DNA of 56,824 bases from Paenibacillaceae bacterium. Its GTDB lineage: Bacteria; Bacillota; Bacilli; Paenibacillales; UBA4045. Location: assembly GCA_040904605.1 (NCBI GenBank), contig JBBDTA010000014.1, positions 1-56,824 on the forward strand, in the 5' to 3' direction. The notes beneath the pieces are model-generated. The model was not told the origin of the DNA and ran no database searches. It saw only the letters and a program-made list of their open reading frames with translations. The position numbers were made by a program, and so were the translations under genes. Numbering within the stretch: the first letter of the stretch is position 1; the number at the start of each line of letters is the position of its first letter. Positions 1 through 9,246 of the stretch are shown one piece after another.

Positions 1-418
1 TTTCTTCTATGTTTGCTCCTAGTGCTTCCAATCCTTTTAGATGAAGATCTATTCTCCTTGTGCCAATTGCGCAGCCCCCTGGCTGATACACCTGGACCTC
101 TCCTGTCCTTGCAAGCAACGGACCCATTAAGAATATAGAAGATCTCATCAGTGTCATTAGCTCTCTCGGGATATGGGACGATCGGACATCGGTAGAGTCT
201 AAGGTAACTCGATCCTCATGATGCTCAGCCCGACAGCCTAGTGCTGCCAGTATCTGTATCATGACTTCGATATCCAATAGCTTTGGAACGTTCTCTATGA
301 TATTTACCCCTTCTGCCATGATGCTAGCAGCTAGAATAGGTAATGCTGCATTCTTTGCTCCGTGTATGCGAATGGTTCCCGACAGTGGTTTCCCGCCTTC
401 GATGACTAGTTTCTCCAA
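1..418 (-). CDS. murA: UDP-N-acetylglucosamine 1-carboxyvinyltransferase, 5' part only (runs off the window)
   Basis: Not in the ORF track. Manual translation from TTG at 418, with GGAGG RBS upstream, gives MEKLVIEGGKPLSGTIRIHGAKNAALPILAAS, the MurA N-terminus; the PGGCAIG motif lies near position 50-80. Confidence 0.95.
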   Translation of the reverse strand, partial: MEKLVIEGGKPLSGTIRIHGAKNAALPILAASIMAEGVNIIENVPKLLDIEVMIQILAALGCRAEHHEDRVTLDSTDVRSSHIPRELMTLMRSSIFLMGPLLARTGEVQVYQPGGCAIGTRRIDLHLKGLEALGANIEE

Positions 419-433
419 TGTCTCGCCTCCGTA

Positions 434-1339
434 TTACCGTTCACCCACCACCATTACTTCTGGGATCAGCTGCATACCAAACTGCTCGTACACGCATGCT
501 TGAATATGGTCCATGAGGGTGAGAACGTCTTGAGCTGATGCATGACCGCTGTTAATAATAAAATTAGCATGCTGGGTCGACACTTCCGCTCCGCCTATCA
601 CAAATCCTTTGAGCCCAGCCTCCTCGATTAATTTAGCAGCATAGTTGCCTTCCGGATTGCGGAATACACTACCTGCACAAGCGAATTGCAGCGGCTGGGT
701 TCGCAAGCGACGATCCTTATAGGTGGCCATCGCCGCAGCAATCTCCTTACGATCACCGTGAGCCAGTTCGAAGATGGCTTCGATAACGATAGCCTGAAGG
801 TCGTGGAGTATGGAATGACGATAGCTAAACCCTAATTCATCGACCTGCAGCGTTACTAAATCTCCTGTGTTCAGCAGTACTTCAGCCGATTTTAATACGC
901 TAGACATGTCGCTCCCGTGAGCACCTGCGTTCATATAGATGGCTCCACCAACAGTGCCTGGTATACCTCCTGCAAATTCAAGCCCTGTTAATCCTTGCTT
1001 CCCCGACATGACGGCCAACTTGATCATACCGTAAGCTGCACCAACACGAACCCTATGATCCTCAAACCGAAGTGTCTCATGAGCTTCTCCAAGCTTTATG
1101 ACTACGCCACGATAGCCTTTGTCAGTAACAAGGACATTAGAACCTTTACCCAGCTTAAACCAAGGTACCTGATGCTCATATAGAATCCTCACTATGCGCA
1201 CCAGCTGTTCTTTCGTATTCGGGATCAACAGAAAATCTGCCGGCCCGCCTATTCTCCAAGTCGTATAAGGACCCAGTGGTTCGTTCGGCAGGATTTGGCC
1301 GATATTCTCATTGCGGAGCACAGAGATAGCTTGATGCAT
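434..1339 (-). CDS. murB: UDP-N-acetylenolpyruvoylglucosamine reductase
   Basis: TTWRIGGPA, GKGSN, GIPGTVGGAIYMNAGA, AGSVFRNP and HANFI motifs. Confidence 0.97.
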   Translation of the reverse strand: MHQAISVLRNENIGQILPNEPLGPYTTWRIGGPADFLLIPNTKEQLVRIVRILYEHQVPWFKLGKGSNVLVTDKGYRGVVIKLGEAHETLRFEDHRVRVGAAYGMIKLAVMSGKQGLTGLEFAGGIPGTVGGAIYMNAGAHGSDMSSVLKSAEVLLNTGDLVTLQVDELGFSYRHSILHDLQAIVIEAIFELAHGDRKEIAAAMATYKDRRLRTQPLQFACAGSVFRNPEGNYAAKLIEEAGLKGFVIGGAEVSTQHANFIINSGHASAQDVLTLMDHIQACVYEQFGMQLIPEVMVVGER

Positions 1340-1466
1340 GGGACCAACCTCCTTCTCATCAGGGGTTAAGGGAGTCTGTCACAGCTATAGAGTATGTTAT
1401 GTAAAGGCGAATAGGAGTGTGACAACTGCCTATATTTGTAAGCGACTCCGTACTGTATATTACTCG

Positions 1467-2540
1467 TTATTGCTTGCGGGCATATTGCTCGATAAGCTGT
1501 ATTATGTGATTCACACTTTGCGTTGTTACGCTTTGTTCCATTCTATCTACATAAGAAGCTCGATCCTCATATAATTGTATAATAGCTTGATATAGCGTGG
1601 ATTGTGATATGTCTTCTTCATATAATACACGACAATAGCCCATTTTCTCAAAGGATTGTGCATTCAGGATCTGATCGCCCCGACTGGCCTGCAAGGTTAG
1701 AGGGATGAGCAGCATAGGCTTCTTCAGTGCGAGAAACTCAAAAATCGAGTTGGATCCCGCTCGAGATACCACAATATCAACCATTGCCAGAATGTCGGGA
1801 AGTCCCTCGTTAACATATTCGAATTGTCGGTATCCTATAGTCGCTTTGTGTAGCTCATCGATATTGCCTTTTCCACAAATATGTATGATTTGGAATCGTG
1901 GTAAGAGAACATCCAGACTCTCTCTAATCCTACGATTGATGGCTTGTGATCCAAGACTTCCACCCATCACCATCAAGATCGGTAGATGACTGTGAAATCC
2001 GCATCGCTCCCTACCCTTACTAGCTTGACCGTGTACAATATCTGCTCGAATTGGTGAGCCTGTATATTCGGCTTTATGCTTCGGAAGATGCTTCAGTGTT
2101 TCAGGGAATGTAACACATACCTTGGAGGCGAGTGGAATCGAGATTCGATTCGCTAGGCCAGGTGTCAAATCCGATTCGTGAATGATAACAGGGATACGAT
2201 TCAACCAGCTACCTATAATCACAGGGACTGATACGAAACCTCCCTTGGAGAAGACAACGTCTGGCCGGATTCTCCGAAGAAGTCGATAACTCTGAGCAAC
2301 ACCGCGAAGTACACGGAGTGGATCCTTCAAATTCTTCATGTCTATATATCTGCGAAGCTTACCAGTAGATATCGGGTGATAATGCACATCGCCGAATGAC
2401 TCGACAATCTCCCGCTCAATACCGGATACTGATCCGATATATTCAACGGACCAACCGGCATTAATTAGTTGAGGAATGAGTGCAACATTCGGAATAACAT
2501 GACCTGCTGACCCACCGCCGGTTAACACTATTTTCCTCAT
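1467..2540 (-). CDS. murG: Undecaprenyldiphospho-muramoylpentapeptide beta-N-acetylglucosaminyltransferase
   Basis: GGGSAGH, SKGGFVS, HESD, GGSLGS, SRAG and DQ motifs. Start trimmed to ATG 2540 (MRKIVLTGG), downstream of a GAGGTG RBS. Confidence 0.93.
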   Translation of the reverse strand: MRKIVLTGGGSAGHVIPNVALIPQLINAGWSVEYIGSVSGIEREIVESFGDVHYHPISTGKLRRYIDMKNLKDPLRVLRGVAQSYRLLRRIRPDVVFSKGGFVSVPVIIGSWLNRIPVIIHESDLTPGLANRISIPLASKVCVTFPETLKHLPKHKAEYTGSPIRADIVHGQASKGRERCGFHSHLPILMVMGGSLGSQAINRRIRESLDVLLPRFQIIHICGKGNIDELHKATIGYRQFEYVNEGLPDILAMVDIVVSRAGSNSIFEFLALKKPMLLIPLTLQASRGDQILNAQSFEKMGYCRVLYEEDISQSTLYQAIIQLYEDRASYVDRMEQSVTTQSVNHIIQLIEQYARKQ

Positions 2541-2574
2541 TCGATCCACACCTCTCATCCAAACCATTCCTTTG

Positions 2575-3672
2575 TTATCTTGCGTATCGAGATATATTAA
2601 GCAATATACCAATTGCGGTTAACATCAATGTGAGAGATGATCCACCTGCGCTGATAAGCGGCAATGTAATCCCCGTAACTGGCATCATTCCAGTCACTAC
2701 AGCTATATTGATAATGACCTGAACGGCAATCATCCCTACAATTCCTGTAGCGAGCAGACTGCCAAAGCTATCCGGTGCAGTGATTGCGGTGCGCATACCT
2801 CGCCATATCAATAATAAGAAGAGGAGAAGAACGGTTGCTGCACCAATAAATCCGAGCTCCTCAGCGATGATAGAGAAAATAAAATCAGTTTGGGGCTCTG
2901 GTAGATAGCTATACTTCTGTCTGCTCATACCAAGACCAAGCCCAACAAGCCCACCTGGTCCGATGGCATACAGCGATTGGATGATCTGATAGCCTGCTCC
3001 CAGAGGATCCTGCCATGGGTCTAGGAACGAAGTAATCCGCTGCAAGCGGTAAGGAGCTGCGGCTATTAGACCTGCAAAGCCAGCAAGACCAACTACACCT
3101 AACCATGCCAAGTGAGATAGCTTTGCACCCGCTGTATAGATAATCATTAAGGTAGCTCCAAGTAATACAGCACCTGTGCCTAAATCAGGCTGAAGCATAA
3201 TCATGCCGAAGGCTAATCCCAAGATAAGAAGCATCGGCAGTAATCCCCTATAGAAGGAAGTGATGCGTGATTCGGGTTCAGACAAAACTCTAGCCATGAA
3301 TACAATCATGGCCATCTTCATGAATTCGGAGGGTTGAATGCCGAACGAGGCGATACCTAACCAACTTCGAGCCCCTCCACGTTCAACACCGATTCCTGGA
3401 ATAAGCACAATGATGAGCAGCAGAAAGCAGGCGATTAATCCTATGTTAGCTACTCTTCTCCATACTTGGTAGTCCGTGTGCATGGTGATGATCATAGCGG
3501 CGACACCTAGCACAGCGAAGATTAGCTGACGCTTCAAATAATAGAAGCTATCTCCAAAATCGTGGAACGCGAGTATAGCACTTGCACTGTAAACCATGAT
3601 AACGCCAATTGCCAAAATCAACAAGGTGGGAATGATAATCCATAAGTCTGGTGCGGTACGAGCTCTAGCCAT
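2575..3672 (-). CDS. spoVE: SEDS peptidoglycan glycosyltransferase SpoVE (FtsW family)
   Basis: GARSW, IQPSEF, QPDLGT, GYQIIQS, LPEPQTDFIF and GITLPLIS motifs; dcw position between murD and murG. Start ATG 3672 after AGGAGG. Confidence 0.92.
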   Translation of the reverse strand: MARARTAPDLWIIIPTLLILAIGVIMVYSASAILAFHDFGDSFYYLKRQLIFAVLGVAAMIITMHTDYQVWRRVANIGLIACFLLLIIVLIPGIGVERGGARSWLGIASFGIQPSEFMKMAMIVFMARVLSEPESRITSFYRGLLPMLLILGLAFGMIMLQPDLGTGAVLLGATLMIIYTAGAKLSHLAWLGVVGLAGFAGLIAAAPYRLQRITSFLDPWQDPLGAGYQIIQSLYAIGPGGLVGLGLGMSRQKYSYLPEPQTDFIFSIIAEELGFIGAATVLLLFLLLIWRGMRTAITAPDSFGSLLATGIVGMIAVQVIINIAVVTGMMPVTGITLPLISAGGSSLTLMLTAIGILLNISRYAR

Positions 3673-3748
3673 CTGTGGACCTCCTACAGTCCAGGCAGCA
3701 AGTGGCCATGGACATATTCGAGCCCGAGGCAACTACGAACAGGCTCTA

Positions 3749-5137
3749 TTAAAGGTTATGCACCGATGCTTTAAACATGCGTCCACGTTGCTCGTAGGAT
3801 GTGAACATGTCCCAACTTGCACAAGCAGGGGAGAATAGAATCACATCTCCACGCTCAGCTGCAGCATAGGCTAGCTTTACTGCCTGATTCATCATATCCT
3901 CGACACTATTAGCAGTATCGACGACTTCAATCGATCTCAACCGTGCTTGCTCCGCTACTCGCTGCAGCTTGAATTTCGTCTCACCTATGAGAACGACAGC
4001 CTTCACTCTGCTCTCGAAGTAAGGAAGAAGCTCCATGTAATCGGAGCCTCGATCTAAACCGCCGCCTATCCAGATGATAGGCGCCTCGAAAGCATCCATC
4101 GCCTTCATCGATGCAGAAGAGTTTGTCGCTTTGGAATCATTATAGAAGCGAATGTCACCCAGAGTCCGAACAAACTCCTGACGATGCTCAACACCGCGAA
4201 ATTCACGAAGCACTGGAGCAATCACATGAATATCTACGTTCGCTGCGATAGCTACTGCAGCGGTGGCAAGCGCATTCTCCAGATTATGCTTCCCAGCTAT
4301 CCCAAGCTCAGATGGAGGAATAATCGGCCAAGTTTCGCCTGATTTGTCCCTATAAGTAATCATTCCTTCTTGAACATAAATCCCATAAGGTAATTTCTCA
4401 ATAGCGGAGAATGGAAATAGCGTTGCGCGACTTTGAGAAGACAATCTTCTACATTCACTATCGTCCCAATTCACAACAGCTATGTCTTCTGCCGTCTGAT
4501 TAGCGAATAACTTCGCCTTGGATTCTATGTAATCGTCCATATTACCATGATAGTCCAGATGAGTCTCATAAATATTCAATAAACATGCAATGTGAGGGCG
4601 GAACAGTTGTGTCCCCTTCAGCTGGAAGCTACTCAATTCTACAACCAACCATTGTCCTGCTATGTTCTCCTTGGCCGCATCGCATAGAGGCCGCCCAATA
4701 TTGCCCGCGACGATCGGCTTCAGTCCTGCCTTCTCGAGAATGAGCCCGACCCACGTCGTTGTAGTCGTCTTCCCATTCGAGCCCGTCACACCAATAATCG
4801 GTCCAGCACATAGGTAAGAACCAACTTCAATCTCCGTAACGATGTCAATTCCGAATTCAATGGCTTTCATGATCGGAGGCACATGATAAGGGATTCCCGG
4901 ATTCTTGACAACCAGCTTCACATCTGGATGAATCAAGCTCTCAGGATGCTCTCCGCAGATCACCTGTATACCGAGTGCTTCTAATTCCTCAGCTTCCGGA
5001 CAATCCTCTCTAGATTTTCGATCATTCACAGTCACGATTGCACCGAGCTCGTGGAACACTCTTGCCACTGCTTGTCCACTCTTAGCAAGCCCGAGAATAA
5101 CGACTTGTTCATTGCTATAATCGCTTGGATGCTTCAT
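3749..5137 (-). CDS. murD: UDP-N-acetylmuramoyl-L-alanine--D-glutamate ligase
   Basis: GLAKSG, TGSNGKTTT, ELSSFQL, NDSKATN and SPACASWDMF motifs. Confidence 0.97.
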   Translation of the reverse strand: MKHPSDYSNEQVVILGLAKSGQAVARVFHELGAIVTVNDRKSREDCPEAEELEALGIQVICGEHPESLIHPDVKLVVKNPGIPYHVPPIMKAIEFGIDIVTEIEVGSYLCAGPIIGVTGSNGKTTTTTWVGLILEKAGLKPIVAGNIGRPLCDAAKENIAGQWLVVELSSFQLKGTQLFRPHIACLLNIYETHLDYHGNMDDYIESKAKLFANQTAEDIAVVNWDDSECRRLSSQSRATLFPFSAIEKLPYGIYVQEGMITYRDKSGETWPIIPPSELGIAGKHNLENALATAAVAIAANVDIHVIAPVLREFRGVEHRQEFVRTLGDIRFYNDSKATNSSASMKAMDAFEAPIIWIGGGLDRGSDYMELLPYFESRVKAVVLIGETKFKLQRVAEQARLRSIEVVDTANSVEDMMNQAVKLAYAAAERGDVILFSPACASWDMFTSYEQRGRMFKASVHNL

Positions 5138-5138
5138 T

Positions 5139-6101
5139 CTATAACCCCTCGATCAAGAAAATTCCTAAGCCCGCAAACAGCAAACCAACACACCAGAACG
5201 TAATGACAACTCGCCACTCCGACCATCCGGACAGTTCAAAATGATGGTGAATTGGACTCATTTTGAATATACGCTTGCCCGTGGTTTTGAAGGAAATCAC
5301 CTGGATGACTACGGATAAAAGTTCGATAACGAATATTCCGCCAATAATAACCAATAAGATTTCGGTCTTAGTTAGGATAGCGACAGCCACTAAGCCACCC
5401 CCAATACCAAGTGAACCGGTATCCCCCATGAATAGCTTGGCCGGGTGCGCATTGAATATGAGAAAGCCTAGGACGGCTCCGATCATCGCAGCAGAGAACA
5501 TGGCGGCCTCTGTTTCAGTTCGATATAATGCAATAATCACTAGCGCTCCAAAAGCAATAACGGCGGTTCCAGAGAGAAGTCCATCCAAACCATCTGTAAA
5601 ATTCACGGCATTCGTAAATCCTAGCATGAAAATGACTATGAACGGATAATAGAGCAATTGAAGATCTAATGCAAAGTCAAATGGGGTAAAATAAATGGTT
5701 GTATCATGACCGCTATTATATAATAGCCAACAGATCACTGCAGAGAAGAACAATTGTCCGAGCAGCTTTTGCTTGGCGCTTAAACCCATTGATCGCTTGA
5801 ACACAATCTTGATATAGTCGTCCAGGAAACCGATCAGACCAAATCCTAACGCAGCGACCAATAGAATATAAAACTCTTGACTTTTATCGGAAAATCTCAG
5901 GAAAGCGAGCGTCAAAGCAAGCAAAATAATAACTCCACCCATCGTGGGGGTTCCTTGCTTCTTCTGATGTCCTTGTGGTCCTTCAAAGCGAATTTGCTGC
6001 CCGAATTTGAGCTTGCGGAGTAGGGGGATGAATAATGGTCCAAGAATGATGGAGAGTAAGAATGCTACTCCCATAGTAACCACGACAACAGTAAAATCCA
6101 C
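5139..6101 (-). CDS. mraY: Phospho-N-acetylmuramoyl-pentapeptide transferase
   Basis: KKQGTPTMGG, NAVNFTDGLDGL, FMGDTGSL and PIHHHFEL motifs. Confidence 0.97.
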   Translation of the reverse strand: MDFTVVVVTMGVAFLLSIILGPLFIPLLRKLKFGQQIRFEGPQGHQKKQGTPTMGGVIILLALTLAFLRFSDKSQEFYILLVAALGFGLIGFLDDYIKIVFKRSMGLSAKQKLLGQLFFSAVICWLLYNSGHDTTIYFTPFDFALDLQLLYYPFIVIFMLGFTNAVNFTDGLDGLLSGTAVIAFGALVIIALYRTETEAAMFSAAMIGAVLGFLIFNAHPAKLFMGDTGSLGIGGGLVAVAILTKTEILLVIIGGIFVIELLSVVIQVISFKTTGKRIFKMSPIHHHFELSGWSEWRVVITFWCVGLLFAGLGIFLIEGL

Positions 6102-6172
6102 GATGGTACCCTCTTTCTAAGAATCGGCTATAATATTACTTTAGTGGAAGGTATATGATACCGATTTAAAAT

Positions 6173-7579
6173 TTAAATCTGTCTCAATGCTTCCACTAGC
6201 TCCTCCAACCGTTTACCTCTGGAGGCTTTCACTAGTACTATATCCTGAGGCATGGCAACAGCAGCAATCAGCCTAGCTAATTCGGCTTTATCGGTTGATG
6301 CGTATACACGGTCTGGCGAATACTTCGCTCGACATTCATCGGCTATATATGCAGCCATCTTACCGAAGGTAAATATATAGTCGAAGCTCAGTGAATTCAG
6401 CAATTTCCCAATTCCACGATGGAAGTCCTCCGATTGTGGCCCTAGCTCTAGCATATCACCTAATACAACTATTCTCTGTTGAAAGCCTTGTAACTCATCT
6501 AGTAATTGTAAAGCCGCCTTCACCGAAGCAGGACTAGCGTTGTAAGCATCATTCAGAATGGTAAGTCCATTGCTAGCATGGAGCAGCTCAATTCGCATAC
6601 CAGTCGGTTTAGTCTGCTGCAGCCCTGAACGAATAGATGATTCATCTATCCCGAAGAACTCGGCAACAGCTATGGCGGCAAGTGCATTGATCACATTATG
6701 ACGCCCAAGTAAGGGTATGGCAAGCTCCGACAGCATAGGATTACCTCTAACATTCACTGCAAAATGGGTCTGATCCGCTTGAACGCGAATGTCACATGGA
6801 GAATAATCATTGTCCTTATCTGCTGAGCCGAATGAGATAACGTGGATTTGCTTATTACCACTCTCTTCGACGAGCTCGCGTAACAGCGGTTCATCACCGT
6901 GATAGATGAGCACACCCTCATCTCGCAAACCCGCCATAATCTCGAATTTCGCCCTTGCGATTTCTTCTCTTGAACCTAACTGCAGCATATGTGCTTCACC
7001 GACATTCGTGATGATTACCACTTCCGGACAAGCTATCTTGGACAGCAGTTCAATCTCACCTCGTCCACTCATGCCCATCTCAACTACCGCGACCTCTGTT
7101 GCTTCATCCATCTGTAATAAGGTTTGTGGCAATCCGATATGATTGTTCAAATTACCTTCGGTTTTATGAACTCGGAATCGACTAGCCATAACTGAGGCAA
7201 CCATGTCCTTCGTTGAGGTTTTACCATTGCTGCCGGTAATCCCAATAACACGGATCGGAAGCTGCTGTCTATAGCTTGCTGCAAGCTGCTGAAGCGCTTG
7301 TAAGGTATCATCAACGATAATCATTGGAATTCCATCATACTCTGGTATTAAATCATGATCTCTTTGCCATAACACGGCGACTGCTCCAAGCTGGTAAGCC
7401 TTCTGCACATATTCATGTGCATCATAATGCTCACCCCTAAGTGGAACGAACAAATTCCCATCCACTATCGTGCGTGTATCCGTACTTACGCCTCTTATTG
7501 ATGTGGGCCGTGCATCTGTACTACGAAGCTCAGCTTCGGTCATCATACTGCAGATTTGCCCCAACGTTCTCTGTATCAT
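6173..7579 (-). CDS. murF: UDP-N-acetylmuramoyl-tripeptide--D-alanyl-D-alanine ligase
   Basis: TGSNGKTSTK, NNHIGLP, EMGM, NDAYNASP and LGDMLELG motifs. Confidence 0.96.
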   Translation of the reverse strand: MIQRTLGQICSMMTEAELRSTDARPTSIRGVSTDTRTIVDGNLFVPLRGEHYDAHEYVQKAYQLGAVAVLWQRDHDLIPEYDGIPMIIVDDTLQALQQLAASYRQQLPIRVIGITGSNGKTSTKDMVASVMASRFRVHKTEGNLNNHIGLPQTLLQMDEATEVAVVEMGMSGRGEIELLSKIACPEVVIITNVGEAHMLQLGSREEIARAKFEIMAGLRDEGVLIYHGDEPLLRELVEESGNKQIHVISFGSADKDNDYSPCDIRVQADQTHFAVNVRGNPMLSELAIPLLGRHNVINALAAIAVAEFFGIDESSIRSGLQQTKPTGMRIELLHASNGLTILNDAYNASPASVKAALQLLDELQGFQQRIVVLGDMLELGPQSEDFHRGIGKLLNSLSFDYIFTFGKMAAYIADECRAKYSPDRVYASTDKAELARLIAAVAMPQDIVLVKASRGKRLEELVEALRQI

Positions 7580-9070
7580 CTAGGATAAGCTCCTTATCGC
7601 ATTCATTGCTACAATTCGGTCATCGAAATCAATCGTTTGGTCCTTCAAAATTTGATATGTTTCATGCCCCTTGCCAGCGATTAGAATAACATCATGGGGG
7701 AGTGCCATACGAATAGCTTGCTGTATAGCACTAGTACGATCCACAATGAGATTGTAACGATCCGCCGGAAAGCCGCTTGCGATAATACCCTCAGCCACTT
7801 CACCTAGGATGGTGTCAGGATCCTCCGAGCGTGGATTATCTGATGTGACCATAATAAAATCACTATATTCAGTGGCAATTCGACCCATGATCGGTCTCTT
7901 GGTGCGATCCCTGTCTCCTCCGCACCCGAATACCGTAATAATGCGTCCTGTCGCAAACTCTCTGACTGATGTAAGTGCATTATCCAGTCCATCTGGTGAA
8001 TGCGCATAATCAACTAGGACAAGAAACTCCTGTCCTGCATCAACAATTTGCATGCGTCCATCTACGGATTCCATCTCCTCTAAGCTATGCACAATTCGTT
8101 CCAATGGAATACCTTCTATCAAAGTTGAGGCAATCGCCCCAAGCGCATTATAAACATTAAATTTGCCAACTAATTTCATCTGAACCTGAGCTGAGCCGGC
8201 GAATAAGGTGTTCAATGTAAAGGAAGTACCTTTCATGGAAATATGAATATCCGTTGCCCGAATATCGGCATCATTCTCAATGCCATAGGTGATCGTTTGT
8301 GCCGCTGTTAAGCTGGCATATCGCTGTGAGACAGGATCATCTGCATTCAATATAGCGAACTGGCGATCATTCGCATGCGGTCCATATTCATTGCCCAGTC
8401 TGGAGAACAATAATCCCTTCGCATCCCGATAGTTTTCCATCGTCAGATGATAATCCAGATGGTCTTGTGTCAGATTCGTGAAGAGAGCAGTACGGAATCG
8501 ACAGCCCTTCACTCTCCCTAACTCCAGAGCATGGCTCGATACCTCCATGACACAGAACTTTGCACCCTCATTCACCATGAGCCGAAGCGTTCGTTGCAAA
8601 TCTAAGGCTTCCTGTGTTGTCCGTTCTGCTGGTATGGTCCTGCCTGCTAAGCGTGTATGAATCGTTCCCATTAAACCTGTGCGATAGCCTGCATCGCTAA
8701 GTATATGATCAATAATGAATGTAGTCGTCGTCTTCCCATTCGTACCCGTAATACCAATCAGCTTCAACTGTTGACTAGGATAGCCGTAGAAGTGACTAGC
8801 AATTACACCCATCGCCTGTCTGCAGTCCTTCACAAATAGCTGCGGTGCTTGAATATCAGGGACATCCCTCTCCAAAACTAATGCAACGGCTCCTTTAGAT
8901 ATCGCTTCCTTAGCGAATTGATGACCATCCTGCACATGACCTGAGATACAAATAAATAAATCGCCGGATTGTACCTTCCTAGAATCGGTTTGCACGCCCT
9001 GGAAGTCGATATTGCCATCCCCTACAAGCCGAGAAGCCGCCAGCCAATCAGCTAATTCCACTAATCGCAA
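7580..9070 (-). CDS. murE: UDP-N-acetylmuramoyl-L-alanyl-D-glutamate--meso-diaminopimelate ligase
   Basis: TGTNGKTT, MEVSSH, DHLDYH, DYAH, GCGGDRD and the mDAP-type DNPR motif. Probable start TTG 9070 after AAGGAG. Confidence 0.96.
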   Translation of the reverse strand: MRLVELADWLAASRLVGDGNIDFQGVQTDSRKVQSGDLFICISGHVQDGHQFAKEAISKGAVALVLERDVPDIQAPQLFVKDCRQAMGVIASHFYGYPSQQLKLIGITGTNGKTTTTFIIDHILSDAGYRTGLMGTIHTRLAGRTIPAERTTQEALDLQRTLRLMVNEGAKFCVMEVSSHALELGRVKGCRFRTALFTNLTQDHLDYHLTMENYRDAKGLLFSRLGNEYGPHANDRQFAILNADDPVSQRYASLTAAQTITYGIENDADIRATDIHISMKGTSFTLNTLFAGSAQVQMKLVGKFNVYNALGAIASTLIEGIPLERIVHSLEEMESVDGRMQIVDAGQEFLVLVDYAHSPDGLDNALTSVREFATGRIITVFGCGGDRDRTKRPIMGRIATEYSDFIMVTSDNPRSEDPDTILGEVAEGIIASGFPADRYNLIVDRTSAIQQAIRMALPHDVILIAGKGHETYQILKDQTIDFDDRIVAMNAIRSLS

Positions 9071-9086
9071 AAGGATCACTCCTTAA

Positions 9087-9213
9087 AAGTTTTTGATGAT
9101 CACGCAAGTGGTCGATAAAACTACATCGTAAGCATAAACTAAGTTTTTGATGATCACGCAAGTGGTCGATAAAACTACATCGTAAGCATAAGCTAAGTTT
9201 TTGATGATCACGC
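9087..9213. repeat. 54-bp tandem repeat (about 2.35 copies) of an intergenic hairpin element
   Basis: Unit AAGTTTTTGATGATCACGCAAGTGGTCGATAAAACTACATCGTAAGCATAA(A/G)CT starts at 9087 and 9141, with a partial copy at 9195. One mismatch between the two full copies. Confidence 0.95.
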
Positions 9214-9246
9214 TCTTCATAGATTATATCACTAATATCCCAATTT

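Noticed and set aside
1370..1430. TGTCACA...TGTGACA inverted repeat upstream of murB
   Set aside because: Short arms with a long loop; it could overlap a sporulation promoter but the support is too weak to call.
9087..9213. CRISPR array interpretation of the 54-bp repeats
   Set aside because: The intervening segments are identical rather than unique spacers, there are fewer than three units, and no cas genes are present in the window.
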